IMG/VR virus record: IMGVR_UViG_3300041964_000072 | Span: 32,001-96,000 of that record | Origin: a virus | Length of the DNA stretch: 64,000 nt | Reading direction: 5' to 3' (one strand) | In this document: positions 1 to 9,505 of the stretch, one piece after another | Numbering within the stretch: position 1 is the first letter of the stretch | How the letters are laid out: each line of letters opens with the position of its first letter | Program-made: the position numbers and the translations under genes | Notes under the pieces: generated by a model | What the model saw: the letters and a program-made list of their open reading frames with translations, nothing else | Database searches by the model: none | Told to the model about the DNA's origin: nothing

Positions 1-2
1 TT

Positions 3-3000
3 TTCTATCGCTGCATTTTCCTTCTCCTTAATATCTACTTGTAATTGGGTAGCATCTGCTAATTCTAATTTTCCTGCTTCTCGGTATGCTTTGACTTGAT
101 TTTTGAGTTCCTTGATAACTATTTTGTTATCTTCTATAAAAGACTGTGCGGCTAGTTTATTGGCATTAATTCTGGTTTCAACTTGTTTTTGAGTCAAACT
201 GGTTTGTTGACCAGAGATTTCGGTAACTTCCTTATCAAGTACCTTTAATTCCTGTACTTTTTTGCGCTGCTCGTCTAGACTCCCTTCAATTCTTTTCCGC
301 TCCAATTCATCTGTGCGATTATTTCCAAGTTTTTTCATTCGTTTCAAAGCCTCATCTTCCATGTCTTTTAGTTTTTGCAATTGCCTTTGGTAAGCGTCAT
401 CAACAATACTGCCTCCCTCTTTGATCTGCTTATTCAGAGATAAAGTTTCTTGGGATATTTTATTTAAGGCTGTGAGTTGACTTTCATATTGATCCAATAA
501 GGAAGAGTCTATTGAAGACTGAACACTTTCTTTTAGGTTGGTAAAATAATCATTAATCAGATTAGTAGAAGCCTCTTTCCAGTCCTCAGTGTCTTTTATA
601 CTTTTATCGAGACTTTCCTTCATTTTTGCAGCATTTTCCCTACCCGCTGCGCCTCCTACATTAAAGAATTCAGCAAGGTTCGCCCCTAAATCCTGACCAA
701 ACCCGAACATCCGCTTAAGGAAGCCCTCAATGTTAGGTATGAAGTCCCCAAAGAAATTTGCCAGGGCATTTAAAGGACGTAGTACCCAATTGTTGATAAA
801 ACCATCAAATTTCTTGGTGCTTTTCTCGGTATCGTCTAGAGATTTACCAAAACTATCTATCGCTGCCTTAGCAGCGTAGGAAGAGTCATTCAAGTCAATA
901 AAACTTTGAGCCAACTTCCTGGACTTGTCTGTAGCCCCTCCTAATCCCGGTATTAAGTCTCGTAGAGCTAAACCGATACCTACAAGTATTGCTACTAATC
1001 CCCCTACGATAGAGATAGGGGACATCAGTATAGAAAAAAATCCGGCTGCAACTTTGCCAACAGCTAGAAAGATTCCTCCCAATCCCTTCGCTCCCATTCC
1101 TAGCGCCTTAAAGACACCTTTGAAGAACTCTCCTTTTTTGGCAGATTCAAGGAAGTTCCTGCCCATCTCTCTACTAGCTTTAGATAAGTCCTTCCAGTTG
1201 TCAGCGGTAATTAAGGACATGAATGCACTGCGCTTGTTGGTATTGGTCAGGGCATCAGTACTGTCTGCGGCAAAAAGCAATCCTCCAGAATATTTGTTTA
1301 GAACATCCTTAGTTCCACCCAATACGTCTTTAAAGGTTTGGGTAAAATCTCCTAATTTGGAAGTGGCTTGAGTATAATCGGTGCTAAGTCCAAACATTCC
1401 TCTCAGCGCTCCATTGACACCAAAAAGAATGCGCTGTATTGTACTTAGGTTTTTAACCTGCTCAGCACCAAAAGCTAGTCGAAATCCGTTAATAATGTCC
1501 GTAAAACGGAAGGCTACTAATACACCTACAAGCAGTCCTGCAAGTTTAAGAATTTCTCCTACAACGCCTTTGGTGGTTTCTAGTCCATAGTTGAAAACAA
1601 TAAACCCACCAATTACTTTCTGTACCCATTCAGGCATATTCTGGAAGTAGTCCAGTAGCTTCTCTACTGCATCCAATCCCTTGTCAAATAAGCCGGAATT
1701 CATAATCTTTTCCCCAGCAGAAGCGAATACTTCAGCAAAACCATTTGAAATTGCCTGGGAACGCTGTTTGATACTTTGTTGAGATCGGTCAAACATTTCT
1801 TCAATCCTGCCAGAGGCATTGTCTGCAAGCCCAGTAAATACGGCATCTGCATCTTCAACAGAAGTGTTCATCAGTGACAATGCACCTCTAAAAGCAATAC
1901 TTTCTGGAATGATTTCTCGTAGTGCTTCAGTATTGCCTTGAGTCGCATTTTTTAATTTCTGCATGGTTTTGTAAAGACCATCAGTTTTCAAAGTTTGTTC
2001 GTTAATAACTACACCAAACTCAGCAAGTTTTGCTTTGGATTGAGGTGCCATCGAAGAGAAACTTTCAATTAGTCGTTGCATTGCAATATAGGCATCAGCA
2101 CCTAAAGTTTTTGTACTGATGGCAACGGCACCTAAAAGGTCTTTTAAACTAATACTTGTACTTGCTGCAACAGCCGCAACAGAACCAATATTTGCTGACA
2201 GTTCACTAGCGTTTGTGATCCCCTGCTGCACTACGCCATCCAATAAAGCCATAGTTTCTTTGGCTTCTGATGCTTTCAGGTTGTAGGCTTGTGATGTAAA
2301 AATCAGTGCTTGTTGAATAGATTCAAGATTACCTCCTGTTGAAATCGCATATTTAGCAGCGACTTCCGAGACTTCCAATGCATCTTGAATCTGTCCTTTT
2401 GCCGCACCAATACCAGCAGAGAGGTTATTGTAGACACTAATACCAAGTTCGGCTGAACTGATAGCATTTCCTAGTCCATCCGTTGCTAGTGTTTGAAGGG
2501 ATTTGGTCAAATCTGTTGTCGCATAAGCAGCACCAACACTTAGCGTTTGCAGGTATTTTACAGAATCTTCTAACCGACCAAATTCACTAACTGCGGTAGA
2601 AACAAATTGCTTTGTTGCATCAATATTGAAAAGAAGGTTTTCCCCAAAAGACCCCATCGAAACTGCCATTTGAGCTAGAGTAGTATCTACCCCAACCATG
2701 CTCATTGTTTCGAGTCCTCGATAGAATTCCTTTGCCTGTCTATCGAGTTCTATAAAGCCACTAATAAGGGGATTGATTGCACCAATAAGTGTTGTTATTC
2801 CATACAAAGGTGCTTTCCAAACACCTGCTGCGAGTGTTTGAGTAAGACCTTTTGTAGTGCGAGTAAGGACAAGTGCGGTGAGGTTGAGCTTGGTTACGTT
2901 ATCAAGGATTCCGCCAGCAACTCCGGCAAAAGGAGCGGCACTAGCAGCGGTTTCTGACAATGCTCCAGAGATGTTTGAAATTGCCTCTCCAGTGCCCTCA

Positions 3001-3641
3001 ACGACATCCTTGATGTCCTCGATTTTATCTACAATTCCTACCAAAGCAGCCCCTTTATCAAGGCTTTTGGTAATACCATCAATAACTTTTGCTACCTGTT
3101 CTCCCTGTGTACCAAGTTTAGATACTTGAACAGAAATATCTTTTAAAAAATTAGACGTGAAACGCAAACCTTTCTCAAGTTTGCCTCCAGTATTAAATAT
3201 TTGAATCCCCTCTGTGAATTTGTCAAAGGCTTTTTCCTTTGACAAAATACGCTCAGTTGTTGATGTGAATTGATCCAAAACATCAACAACAGGTAATGCT
3301 GCTTTATTGACTCCCGTTAAGCGTCCAGCAAGCCTCTCATTTGTAACGGCAAGTTCATCTGAAAGAGCGACTTGAGTACTGTAGCGAGACTCAAGCCCAT
3401 CTAGGCTGCGGATTGTATTGAGAGCAGATCCTTCGAGTCCAACAATACTGCTATTAAGGTTTCCAATACTATTGGCAGATGTTGATATTGTCTGACTAAA
3501 TGTTTCTGTACTGGCTCCTAATTTACCGACAGAACTATTAACCAAGTCAAAACTGGTAGCCGCACGTTTTGCCCCTTCTTCTACGCCACGGCTATCCAAG
3601 GTTAGATTAAATTGTGCTTCTCTGGTCTGATTTCCGAGCAT
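3..3641 (-). CDS. Tail tape measure protein (TP901-type core), partial, runs off left edge
   Basis: Hand translation from ATG at 3641 (MLGNQTREAQFNLTLDSRG...) gives a long Ala/Ser/Gly-rich helical frame. It includes a TP901-like core (...EVSEVAAKYAISTGG...GITNASELSANIGSVAAVAASTSISLKDLLGAVA...SKAKLAEFGV...) and lies downstream of tail tube and chaperone genes. It is missing from the ORF track because no stop falls in the window. Confidence 0.9.
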   Translation of the reverse strand, partial: MLGNQTREAQFNLTLDSRGVEEGAKRAATSFDLVNSSVGKLGASTETFSQTISTSANSIGNLNSSIVGLEGSALNTIRSLDGLESRYSTQVALSDELAVTNERLAGRLTGVNKAALPVVDVLDQFTSTTERILSKEKAFDKFTEGIQIFNTGGKLEKGLRFTSNFLKDISVQVSKLGTQGEQVAKVIDGITKSLDKGAALVGIVDKIEDIKDVVEGTGEAISNISGALSETAASAAPFAGVAGGILDNVTKLNLTALVLTRTTKGLTQTLAAGVWKAPLYGITTLIGAINPLISGFIELDRQAKEFYRGLETMSMVGVDTTLAQMAVSMGSFGENLLFNIDATKQFVSTAVSEFGRLEDSVKYLQTLSVGAAYATTDLTKSLQTLATDGLGNAISSAELGISVYNNLSAGIGAAKGQIQDALEVSEVAAKYAISTGGNLESIQQALIFTSQAYNLKASEAKETMALLDGVVQQGITNASELSANIGSVAAVAASTSISLKDLLGAVAISTKTLGADAYIAMQRLIESFSSMAPQSKAKLAEFGVVINEQTLKTDGLYKTMQKLKNATQGNTEALREIIPESIAFRGALSLMNTSVEDADAVFTGLADNASGRIEEMFDRSQQSIKQRSQAISNGFAEVFASAGEKIMNSGLFDKGLDAVEKLLDYFQNMPEWVQKVIGGFIVFNYGLETTKGVVGEILKLAGLLVGVLVAFRFTDIINGFRLAFGAEQVKNLSTIQRILFGVNGALRGMFGLSTDYTQATSKLGDFTQTFKDVLGGTKDVLNKYSGGLLFAADSTDALTNTNKRSAFMSLITADNWKDLSKASREMGRNFLESAKKGEFFKGVFKALGMGAKGLGGIFLAVGKVAAGFFSILMSPISIVGGLVAILVGIGLALRDLIPGLGGATDKSRKLAQSFIDLNDSSYAAKAAIDSFGKSLDDTEKSTKKFDGFINNWVLRPLNALANFFGDFIPNIEGFLKRMFGFGQDLGANLAEFFNVGGAAGRENAAKMKESLDKSIKDTEDWKEASTNLINDYFTNLKESVQSSIDSSLLDQYESQLTALNKISQETLSLNKQIKEGGSIVDDAYQRQLQKLKDMEDEALKRMKKLGNNRTDELERKRIEGSLDEQRKKVQELKVLDKEVTEISGQQTSLTQKQVETRINANKLAAQSFIEDNKIVIKELKNQVKAYREAGKLELADATQLQVDIKEKENAAIE

Positions 3642-3702
3642 AGAATTGGGGCATAAAATGTCCCCGTTCTAAGCTGGGAATATATATTCAAAATAGATAT
3701 AT

Positions 3703-4152
3703 TCAGTTTTCTGGTGTCTTATTCAAATCACTTTGAACAATTTGGATTAATTCCAGGAATACATCATCCTTCAACTCACAGATATTCATTAAAGGGAAGC
3801 ATTCGGAAAGACATTTCTGGATAGCAACAATAGCGCTTGGTTTGGTCATGGCAAGTCCTAGAATTGCCATTTGCTGCATTTCGCTGGTGTTTTTTGAAAG
3901 TTCTGTGACGGCTTTCAGGCAACGATCTAGGATTTGGTCATCCTTAAGGTTTTCCTGTTCAGTCTTAGTAAGTACATGGTCTTTGAACCCATTCAAATAA
4001 AATTCCTTGATGTACCCAATTTGCTGAAGTCCTGGTCGAATATAAGCGACCAATAAGCCATTGGCGGACTTTACTGAGACTTGCTCACATTTTCTGTAAA
4101 GATTTTCGTTGCCAGAATTGTAATTTATTTCGTTTGGAGTCTCTGTGTACAT
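3703..4152 (-). CDS. Hypothetical protein immediately upstream of tape measure (possible second chaperone)
   Basis: 149 aa helical ORF co-oriented in the tail operon; function guessed from position only. Confidence 0.6.
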   Translation of the reverse strand: MYTETPNEINYNSGNENLYRKCEQVSVKSANGLLVAYIRPGLQQIGYIKEFYLNGFKDHVLTKTEQENLKDDQILDRCLKAVTELSKNTSEMQQMAILGLAMTKPSAIVAIQKCLSECFPLMNICELKDDVFLELIQIVQSDLNKTPEN

Positions 4153-4190
4153 AAACTGGAAATGGATAAAAGATTTGTTATATGCAGAAA

Positions 4191-4589
4191 TTATTTTCTT
4201 CTTATTAGTCTAACAAGTCCTTTATTCAATGCGTATTTAACTGCCCCTAATTTTTGGGACACAGGTTTAACAACAGTATCTCGTACTGCCCTTCTTCCTG
4301 CACCAGCTTTACGTCCTAAAGGAGTGTTCCCTATTTTATTTTTTACACCAATTCCTGTTAATATAGCTGTTTGTCCTGCCCTAGTATTAGCTGCTCTATT
4401 TACCCAATAGGCTGCACCAGTACCTATTAATCCTGCTTGCAATCCTTTCTGGACATCTAATGAATAGGTTGTTTTGCCAATCTTGGCTCTAGGATTGTTT
4501 CCGTGTCCATAGTAATAAGTTTTCCCGTTGATTGTTGCACTATTGCGCCTAGAGAAAGCAGCTAAAGATTCTTGATAAGAGTATTTCAT
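4191..4589 (-). CDS. Small basic protein, AxF-leader family
   Basis: MKYSYQESLAAF|SRR..., K/R-rich, with hydrophobic GLQAGLIGTGAAYW segment. Confidence 0.75.
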   Translation of the reverse strand: MKYSYQESLAAFSRRNSATINGKTYYYGHGNNPRAKIGKTTYSLDVQKGLQAGLIGTGAAYWVNRAANTRAGQTAILTGIGVKNKIGNTPLGRKAGAGRRAVRDTVVKPVSQKLGAVKYALNKGLVRLIRRK

Positions 4590-4603
4590 AAATAATGATT
4601 AGG

Positions 4604-4780
4604 CTATCGGCTAGCCCAATCTATAATACGGTTGCCAAGTCCTATTCCAGCAAGATTTACGTTCCTACGTCTTGACTTTTTAGCACCAATGATCATTGGA
4701 GATTTCTTGAATTTCATAGGAGTGCTATTGAACCTCAAAGAACTGCTGCGACCTTTGGCAAAAGTGGAGTAATAATTCAT
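4604..4780 (-). CDS. 58 aa basic protein, AxF-leader family (not in ORF track)
   Basis: Hand translation MNYYSTF|AKGRSSSLRFNSTPMKFKKSPMIIGAKKSRRRNVNLAGIGLGNRIIDWASR*; fills the gap between two family members. Confidence 0.65.
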   Translation of the reverse strand: MNYYSTFAKGRSSSLRFNSTPMKFKKSPMIIGAKKSRRRNVNLAGIGLGNRIIDWASR

Positions 4781-4786
4781 AGGTAA

Positions 4787-5056
4787 TTACCGGAAACGAG
4801 ACAAAAATAACTTACCACGGGCAACGTCTCGTTTGAGATTTGCTTTAAGGGCACCTCTCCGTACATACGTTGCTCCCAATAATCCCGCTCCTGCGATAGC
4901 TCCCCCCACTTTGACAATATTCTTTTTCCGCTGAAGTTCTCCTGGTTTCAAATATCGGACTGTTTTGCTACCTACCCTTACTCTTTGCTTTTTGAGATCT
5001 ACCGATGCAGGACTCTTATAAAAGTCAGCGTGTGCAAGAAATTTCTTTATTAACAT
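4787..5056 (-). CDS. Small basic glycine-zipper protein, AxF-leader family
   Basis: MLIKKFLAHADF|YKS..., K/R-rich, VGGAIAGAGLLGATY segment. Confidence 0.75.
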   Translation of the reverse strand: MLIKKFLAHADFYKSPASVDLKKQRVRVGSKTVRYLKPGELQRKKNIVKVGGAIAGAGLLGATYVRRGALKANLKRDVARGKLFLSRFR

Positions 5057-5064
5057 AGTTCGTT

Positions 5065-5765
5065 TTATTGCGGTATTGCTCCTAAATTAAAGTTGTAGTC
5101 TTGCAAAGCCTGTTCCAAAGCATTATCATACTTAGCCCTTTCTTCATCCGGAGGTGAGGGAGATTCCTTCGGGGAATGCAGCTTGTTGCGATGTTTGATC
5201 GTAACCTCTGCCATAGCATCAATGGTTTGATAATCCAGGGTTTTGGCTAAGTCAAGGGCATTGGGATACAACTCAGTAATTAAAGCAAAATTGTAGGCAA
5301 ATCCATTTAAGCATTCATTTCGCTCACTGCTTTGTGTCGCTCCTCGATCATCTCCCCCAATATCTCGAAAAAATCCAAACCATGTATCACACTTATATAG
5401 CTAGGTGAAAGGCTTCCGGATTCAGGTGTTGTCCATCCTGTTACCTCTGTCGTAGCATCTGTCGTTGTAATAAAGATATGCTTTAAGTCCTCAAAGTCGT
5501 GAATCTTTTCAACATCTAGAGGAATATCATCAACGGTAGGAAGAAGTTTAATTAACTGCTTAATTAGACTCCACGCTTTGCGATTTTTCTTCCTAAAAAA
5601 AGCGCCTATCGCTCCCTTTGATTCAATATATTGAGACAGAAGTTCTTTCTGCAAGTCTGCGACATCATCAAGTTTTATCCAAGCAACAGGCTTGATCATG
5701 CAAATACTTTCGTCGTTATATACAATACGAATTTTGCGCCGATCTTCTGTGAGATTAGCTGTCAT
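5065..5765 (-). CDS. Tail assembly chaperone G (5307-5765) with -1 frameshift extension GT (to 5065)
   Basis: Directly follows the tail tube gene. In-phase heptamer T TTT TTC (minus strand, 5367-5373). The -1 frame is open from there into ORF 5065-5271 (DFFRDIGGDDRGATQSSERNECLNGFAYNFALITELYPNALD...). Confidence 0.7.
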
Positions 5766-5837
5766 TTATCTGCAATAGTGAGTGACTGATGTATAGCTCA
5801 GATCTATAAATACTGAGATTATAAGTCAAAAAAGTAA

Positions 5838-6632
5838 TTAGCACACTACGCTAAAATCCGTTTCTAGAAGATCAAAAGCAGTGCATCGACCAGGAGGAGT
5901 AAGCATTGTAAACATCATTTCAAGACCCTCAGCGTTGGCATCCAAAGCATTGTTTGAAGGGTCAATCAATGCGCTTGGAACATGTAAAAGTGTGATTTTG
6001 TTGAGGGAGTTTACGAGGGCACAATCAATAACAACTTCGCCTACAAGAATCTCAGAAATTGTACTGCCTGTAATTGTTGCCGGAATAACAACAGTAACAA
6101 TTTTTCCTACTAGATTGTTACTAAATGCGATCGCTCCATCGGCACCGATCGCAAAGTTATTTAAGGTAGTTCTCCAGGTTGCATGACCTTCAAAAGTGTT
6201 TTGGGTTAGGGGAGTAATGTTACCTGTTTCACTGGTAGATGCATACGCAGTAGCATTAGCAGTGATGCCCTTACCAAGTACATTAGTTCCGGTAGCAGCG
6301 GGAATAATACCACTATCAGGTACTCGTACAATTTTTGGAATTGCCATTTGGAGGGTATCTTTCTCCATCAAATAGCCACCTTGGAAAGCAAAAAGTTCTG
6401 GCTGAACTGACGCAAAAGAAACGGACATTGTAGGCATACGACTGGTCGTATACTTACCCACCAAGACTTGCTCTCCAAGCTCAGAGCGAGACATAATATT
6501 GCGCTGTTCTTGAGGATTGTTCAAAACCATTCCGCTTGGTTTCGGGAAGTTAAATACTAGGTTATCCGCAATCCGACGAATGGAAAGATTCGAGATACCC
6601 TTGAATGATCTGTTCTGAATTAATAAGGACAT
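5838..6632 (-). CDS. Major tail tube protein
   Basis: 264 aa, beta-rich, positioned between neck genes and chaperone/tape measure; no sheath gene nearby. Confidence 0.7.
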   Translation of the reverse strand: MSLLIQNRSFKGISNLSIRRIADNLVFNFPKPSGMVLNNPQEQRNIMSRSELGEQVLVGKYTTSRMPTMSVSFASVQPELFAFQGGYLMEKDTLQMAIPKIVRVPDSGIIPAATGTNVLGKGITANATAYASTSETGNITPLTQNTFEGHATWRTTLNNFAIGADGAIAFSNNLVGKIVTVVIPATITGSTISEILVGEVVIDCALVNSLNKITLLHVPSALIDPSNNALDANAEGLEMMFTMLTPPGRCTAFDLLETDFSVVC

Positions 6633-6685
6633 TAATGTATTCCTTGTATTAGGAAATTAGTCGATAGGCATGTCCTCCAAAAGAC

Positions 6686-6721
6686 AAAAAAAATAGGAGC
6701 CGAAGTAATACTTCTAGCTCC
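6686..6721 (-). terminator. Intrinsic terminator between tail terminator gene and tail tube gene
   Basis: Minus strand GGAGC-TAGAAGTATTACTTCG-GCTCC followed by TA and T8. Confidence 0.65.
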
Positions 6722-6778
6722 AAACTGCCACTATAATGTCGAAATATTCAATTGTTAATACTACGTTTATTATATCTT

Positions 6779-7246
6779 TTACTCTTCTATGCTTGTCATC
6801 CAGCGTAAAAAAGGAGTGGTTTCTTGGGTAAAAGAATTATATAAAAGACGGTATTCGGTGTTCTGTGGTAACATCCTCAATTTGTAATCATAGGGCATAC
6901 ATTCTTCATCGAATTGCCAATTGATCAAAGCGTTCATCATGTGATAGTCAATAAAATTTAGTAAACCGGGGACAGCTTTTAGGTGGGGATAAGAAAGGCT
7001 ATATGTAAGTGCAATCATTGAAGTCCGTAGACTAAGATCTCGCTTGTACTGACTACTTAATCTATATAGTTTCAAAACAGGATATTCTGTTAATGGGACA
7101 TTCATGTAATCGGCAGTCATTGTAGTTCGGACTGCTAATATTCCCTTAGTCTTTAAATCTTCCGGAACAGCTTTGTTTAAATAGGTTTTTAAATATAGAG
7201 CAATCTTTTCTAAGGTTTCGTCAACAAGAATATTTGGTACTAGCAT
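6779..7246 (-). CDS. Putative tail terminator / tail completion protein
   Basis: 155 aa directly upstream of tail tube; YPVLKLYR and beta-strand pattern typical of this position. Confidence 0.5.
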   Translation of the reverse strand: MLVPNILVDETLEKIALYLKTYLNKAVPEDLKTKGILAVRTTMTADYMNVPLTEYPVLKLYRLSSQYKRDLSLRTSMIALTYSLSYPHLKAVPGLLNFIDYHMMNALINWQFDEECMPYDYKLRMLPQNTEYRLLYNSFTQETTPFLRWMTSIEE

Positions 7247-7293
7247 AAATAGATTTGTTACTAGGTGTCCAAGTTTCGAGAAACAAATGAAAA

Positions 7294-7779
7294 CTAAACG
7301 GCTACGGCTATGCCATAACTCTCTGGAATTTCACTACTGGAAATATAGTCGAGGCAGAGCATTTCCATTTGATTTACCAGTATTTCATGTAGGTAAAGAA
7401 AGGGACGCAATTCGTCTTGTTCGGGAGCGTATTCTAATGATGTTCCAAAATCTAATCCTGTATCGGTATAAACTAAATAACTGTTGGCTGCATTTTCATA
7501 GATTAAGCTATCTCGTAGCGCTCCTGTGTCAATAAGCTGTTGCCCATTACGACGATTTGGAAATTTAGCAAGGTACGATTCACTAAGTTCTTTCCAGTAG
7601 TACTCCCCTGGATGAGGGTATCCCCCAGTTGAGGTAGTCGGAGATGTTAAAAATCGCTGCTCAATATCTTTTTGAAGTAATTTTACAATTGCTTTTTTTA
7701 GGGTCAGTAAGTCGATACTCTGTAATTTGGCAAGATATTCACGCTGATCGTCCAAGCCTTCAATAGTCAGTTTTAGCAT
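7294..7779 (-). CDS. Mu gpG-like virion morphogenesis (neck) protein
   Basis: QRF...WKELSESY...LIDTGALRDSL...FGTSLEYA...RPFL motif series. Confidence 0.8.
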   Translation of the reverse strand: MLKLTIEGLDDQREYLAKLQSIDLLTLKKAIVKLLQKDIEQRFLTSPTTSTGGYPHPGEYYWKELSESYLAKFPNRRNGQQLIDTGALRDSLIYENAANSYLVYTDTGLDFGTSLEYAPEQDELRPFLYLHEILVNQMEMLCLDYISSSEIPESYGIAVAV

Positions 7780-8146
7780 TACGGATTACTTGAAGTTCTG
7801 TTTCTGAGAAAGTGATGGCATCTAATAAGTCAGGTAATAAGTCAAATACAATCTTATCTTTTCGCTTGCGATTGCTTTTTCCTTCCTCCAGAAAAAGGTT
7901 GTGATAGGAAGTGAGTAAGTCCCGTCGCTTAATTTTTTCTAGGAGGGATACCGGAATAATGTGAGATAAATCCGTAGTATCGTTGAGGGACAGTGTTTTT
8001 TTAGTAACTGGACATTGATAGCGCTGTAGTCGTAACAAGAGAGCTTTAAGTTCAAAACAGGCTGTCGATTTCTTGAAACTGGCGAATTGCTGGCGATATG
8101 TTTGCTTGAATTCTGAATATTCTTCGTTGTCCATGACAAGCATCAC
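7760..8146 (-). CDS. HNH-like endonuclease
   Basis: QRYQCPVTKK...DLSHIIP...NLFLEEGKSNRKRKDK resembles a degenerate HNH motif. Confidence 0.55.
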   Translation of the reverse strand: MMLVMDNEEYSEFKQTYRQQFASFKKSTACFELKALLLRLQRYQCPVTKKTLSLNDTTDLSHIIPVSLLEKIKRRDLLTSYHNLFLEEGKSNRKRKDKIVFDLLPDLLDAITFSETELQVIRNAKTDY

Positions 8147-8172
8147 TAAATGATGTTGTATTGGTCAAACAT

Positions 8173-8589
8173 TTAGAAATTATCAGTAGAACTTGCAATC
8201 GTAGTATATCCGGCAGCTCCTACTCCTCCGGCAACAGCGGCTCTACGCCCATACTTTATACCTCTTTGCTTCCAAGTTATTTTAGGGTTTGCAGCAGCTT
8301 GCATCTGTCGAGCAGTCCGAATTTTCCGGATGTTCTTAAGTCGCTTCATAGCTCCTTTGCTTGCTGTTACCGTCCTTAATCCCGTTTTAAGTTTTACTCC
8401 TCCTTGGGAGGCGAGTGTACCGACAGGAGTATTTAGTGTTCTGGCAAGATTTCTGCTACCTGTCATCCTTCCAATTTTGGTAACAGCCTTTCCCAAGAAT
8501 TGACGACCAAAGGCATATTCTGCGTACAAATCATCGGACTGAGCAATTGTGAATTCTGATAGTAAAGCGGGGGATGATAGGGGCTTCAT
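8173..8589 (-). CDS. Small basic glycine-zipper protein, AxF-leader family
   Basis: LLSEF|...YAEYAF|GRQ..., K/R-rich, C-terminal AAVAGGVGAAGY. Confidence 0.75.
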   Translation of the reverse strand: MKPLSSPALLSEFTIAQSDDLYAEYAFGRQFLGKAVTKIGRMTGSRNLARTLNTPVGTLASQGGVKLKTGLRTVTASKGAMKRLKNIRKIRTARQMQAAANPKITWKQRGIKYGRRAAVAGGVGAAGYTTIASSTDNF

Positions 8590-9173
8590 TACAATGGCAT
8601 CTCCTGCCCAAGCTGTCTATTATGTGAATTGAATGGATCGTCAAAATCAATTATTTTAGGATCTAATCTCCGAGTTCCAATTACGGTGTTCGCATTAATC
8701 CCGATGTTTGGTCTTTGCCCTTGAATCTGAGTTTCCCCAGGTAGCAGGATGGCTTGAATATGCATTCGTTCCTTTGGTTCTAAGGGAAGTCCAGGGATTG
8801 CAACCGGAAGGGGATAGGTGAGGCAGCGAATGAATTGATAAGCGTCCATTCGCAGAGCAGCGACTATTGGGCTATTCGCATCCATCCCAGCGTGAGGAAA
8901 ATGCGCTACTAATAAGTCAGCTATTGTCAAATTGTCAACTATTTTTCTTAAGATAGGATGCTCAAAAGCAAGTGGTACAACATAAACCAGGCGTAAATAA
9001 ATATCGAGTAAATCTTCTGCTTCCTCCAAAATCTCGGTAAAAAATAAATCATTCACATCCTGGGAAATAAGCATTGGATTGTTTCCGCCAAAACCTCCCC
9101 CCATAAATGCGAGTCGAGATTGTAGCTTGCTTTGAATAGATTCAAGAGTTGTATAGCGAGGAATATAAGACAC
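8589..9173 (-). CDS. Mu gp36-like head-tail connector (DUF1320-like)
   Basis: YTTLESIQSKL...EEAEDLLDIYLRLVYVVPL...PILRKIVDNLTIADL pattern; position after capsid genes. Confidence 0.7.
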   Translation of the reverse strand: MSYIPRYTTLESIQSKLQSRLAFMGGGFGGNNPMLISQDVNDLFFTEILEEAEDLLDIYLRLVYVVPLAFEHPILRKIVDNLTIADLLVAHFPHAGMDANSPIVAALRMDAYQFIRCLTYPLPVAIPGLPLEPKERMHIQAILLPGETQIQGQRPNIGINANTVIGTRRLDPKIIDFDDPFNSHNRQLGQEMPL

Positions 9174-9505
9174 TACCGAAGCAATGATTTGATACGGGAA
9201 GCCGTTTCTAAGCCATCCCTACGCTTGCGATTGGAGCCTTTATATCTTGCTCCTGTAATGTCTCTACCCAAGTTAATTAATCCTCGTAATTCTCGTACAG
9301 CCGAAGCAGTAGGCGAGACATAGTTGCGAAAGGCTTTGCTTCTTAACTCAGTTTCTCGTATACGAACAGATGTCCTAGGTTGTTGTCTATCTTGCTCTTG
9401 CTTTCTGTTTTTTAAGGCTAGACTAATTTTTTTGCGAGTGACAGGAGATTGGGAGCGTCCTCGACGCTTCTTTTTTGTAAATTCAGATAAAAGATTCATG
9501 TTCAT
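9173..9505 (-). CDS. Small basic protein, AxF-leader family
   Basis: MNMNLLSEF|TKKKRRGRS...; very Arg/Lys-rich. Confidence 0.75.
   Translation of the reverse strand: MNMNLLSEFTKKKRRGRSQSPVTRKKISLALKNRKQEQDRQQPRTSVRIRETELRSKAFRNYVSPTASAVRELRGLINLGRDITGARYKGSNRKRRDGLETASRIKSLLR

Noticed and set aside
925-3129. + strand ORFs 925-1371, 1381-1590 and 2857-3129
   Set aside because: Antisense shadows of the tape measure gene, which is open across this whole region on the minus strand
5838-7779. Contractile (myovirus or tailocin) tail despite Mu-like neck genes
   Set aside because: No sheath-sized ORF next to the tube gene; long tape measure and G/GT chaperone fit a siphovirus
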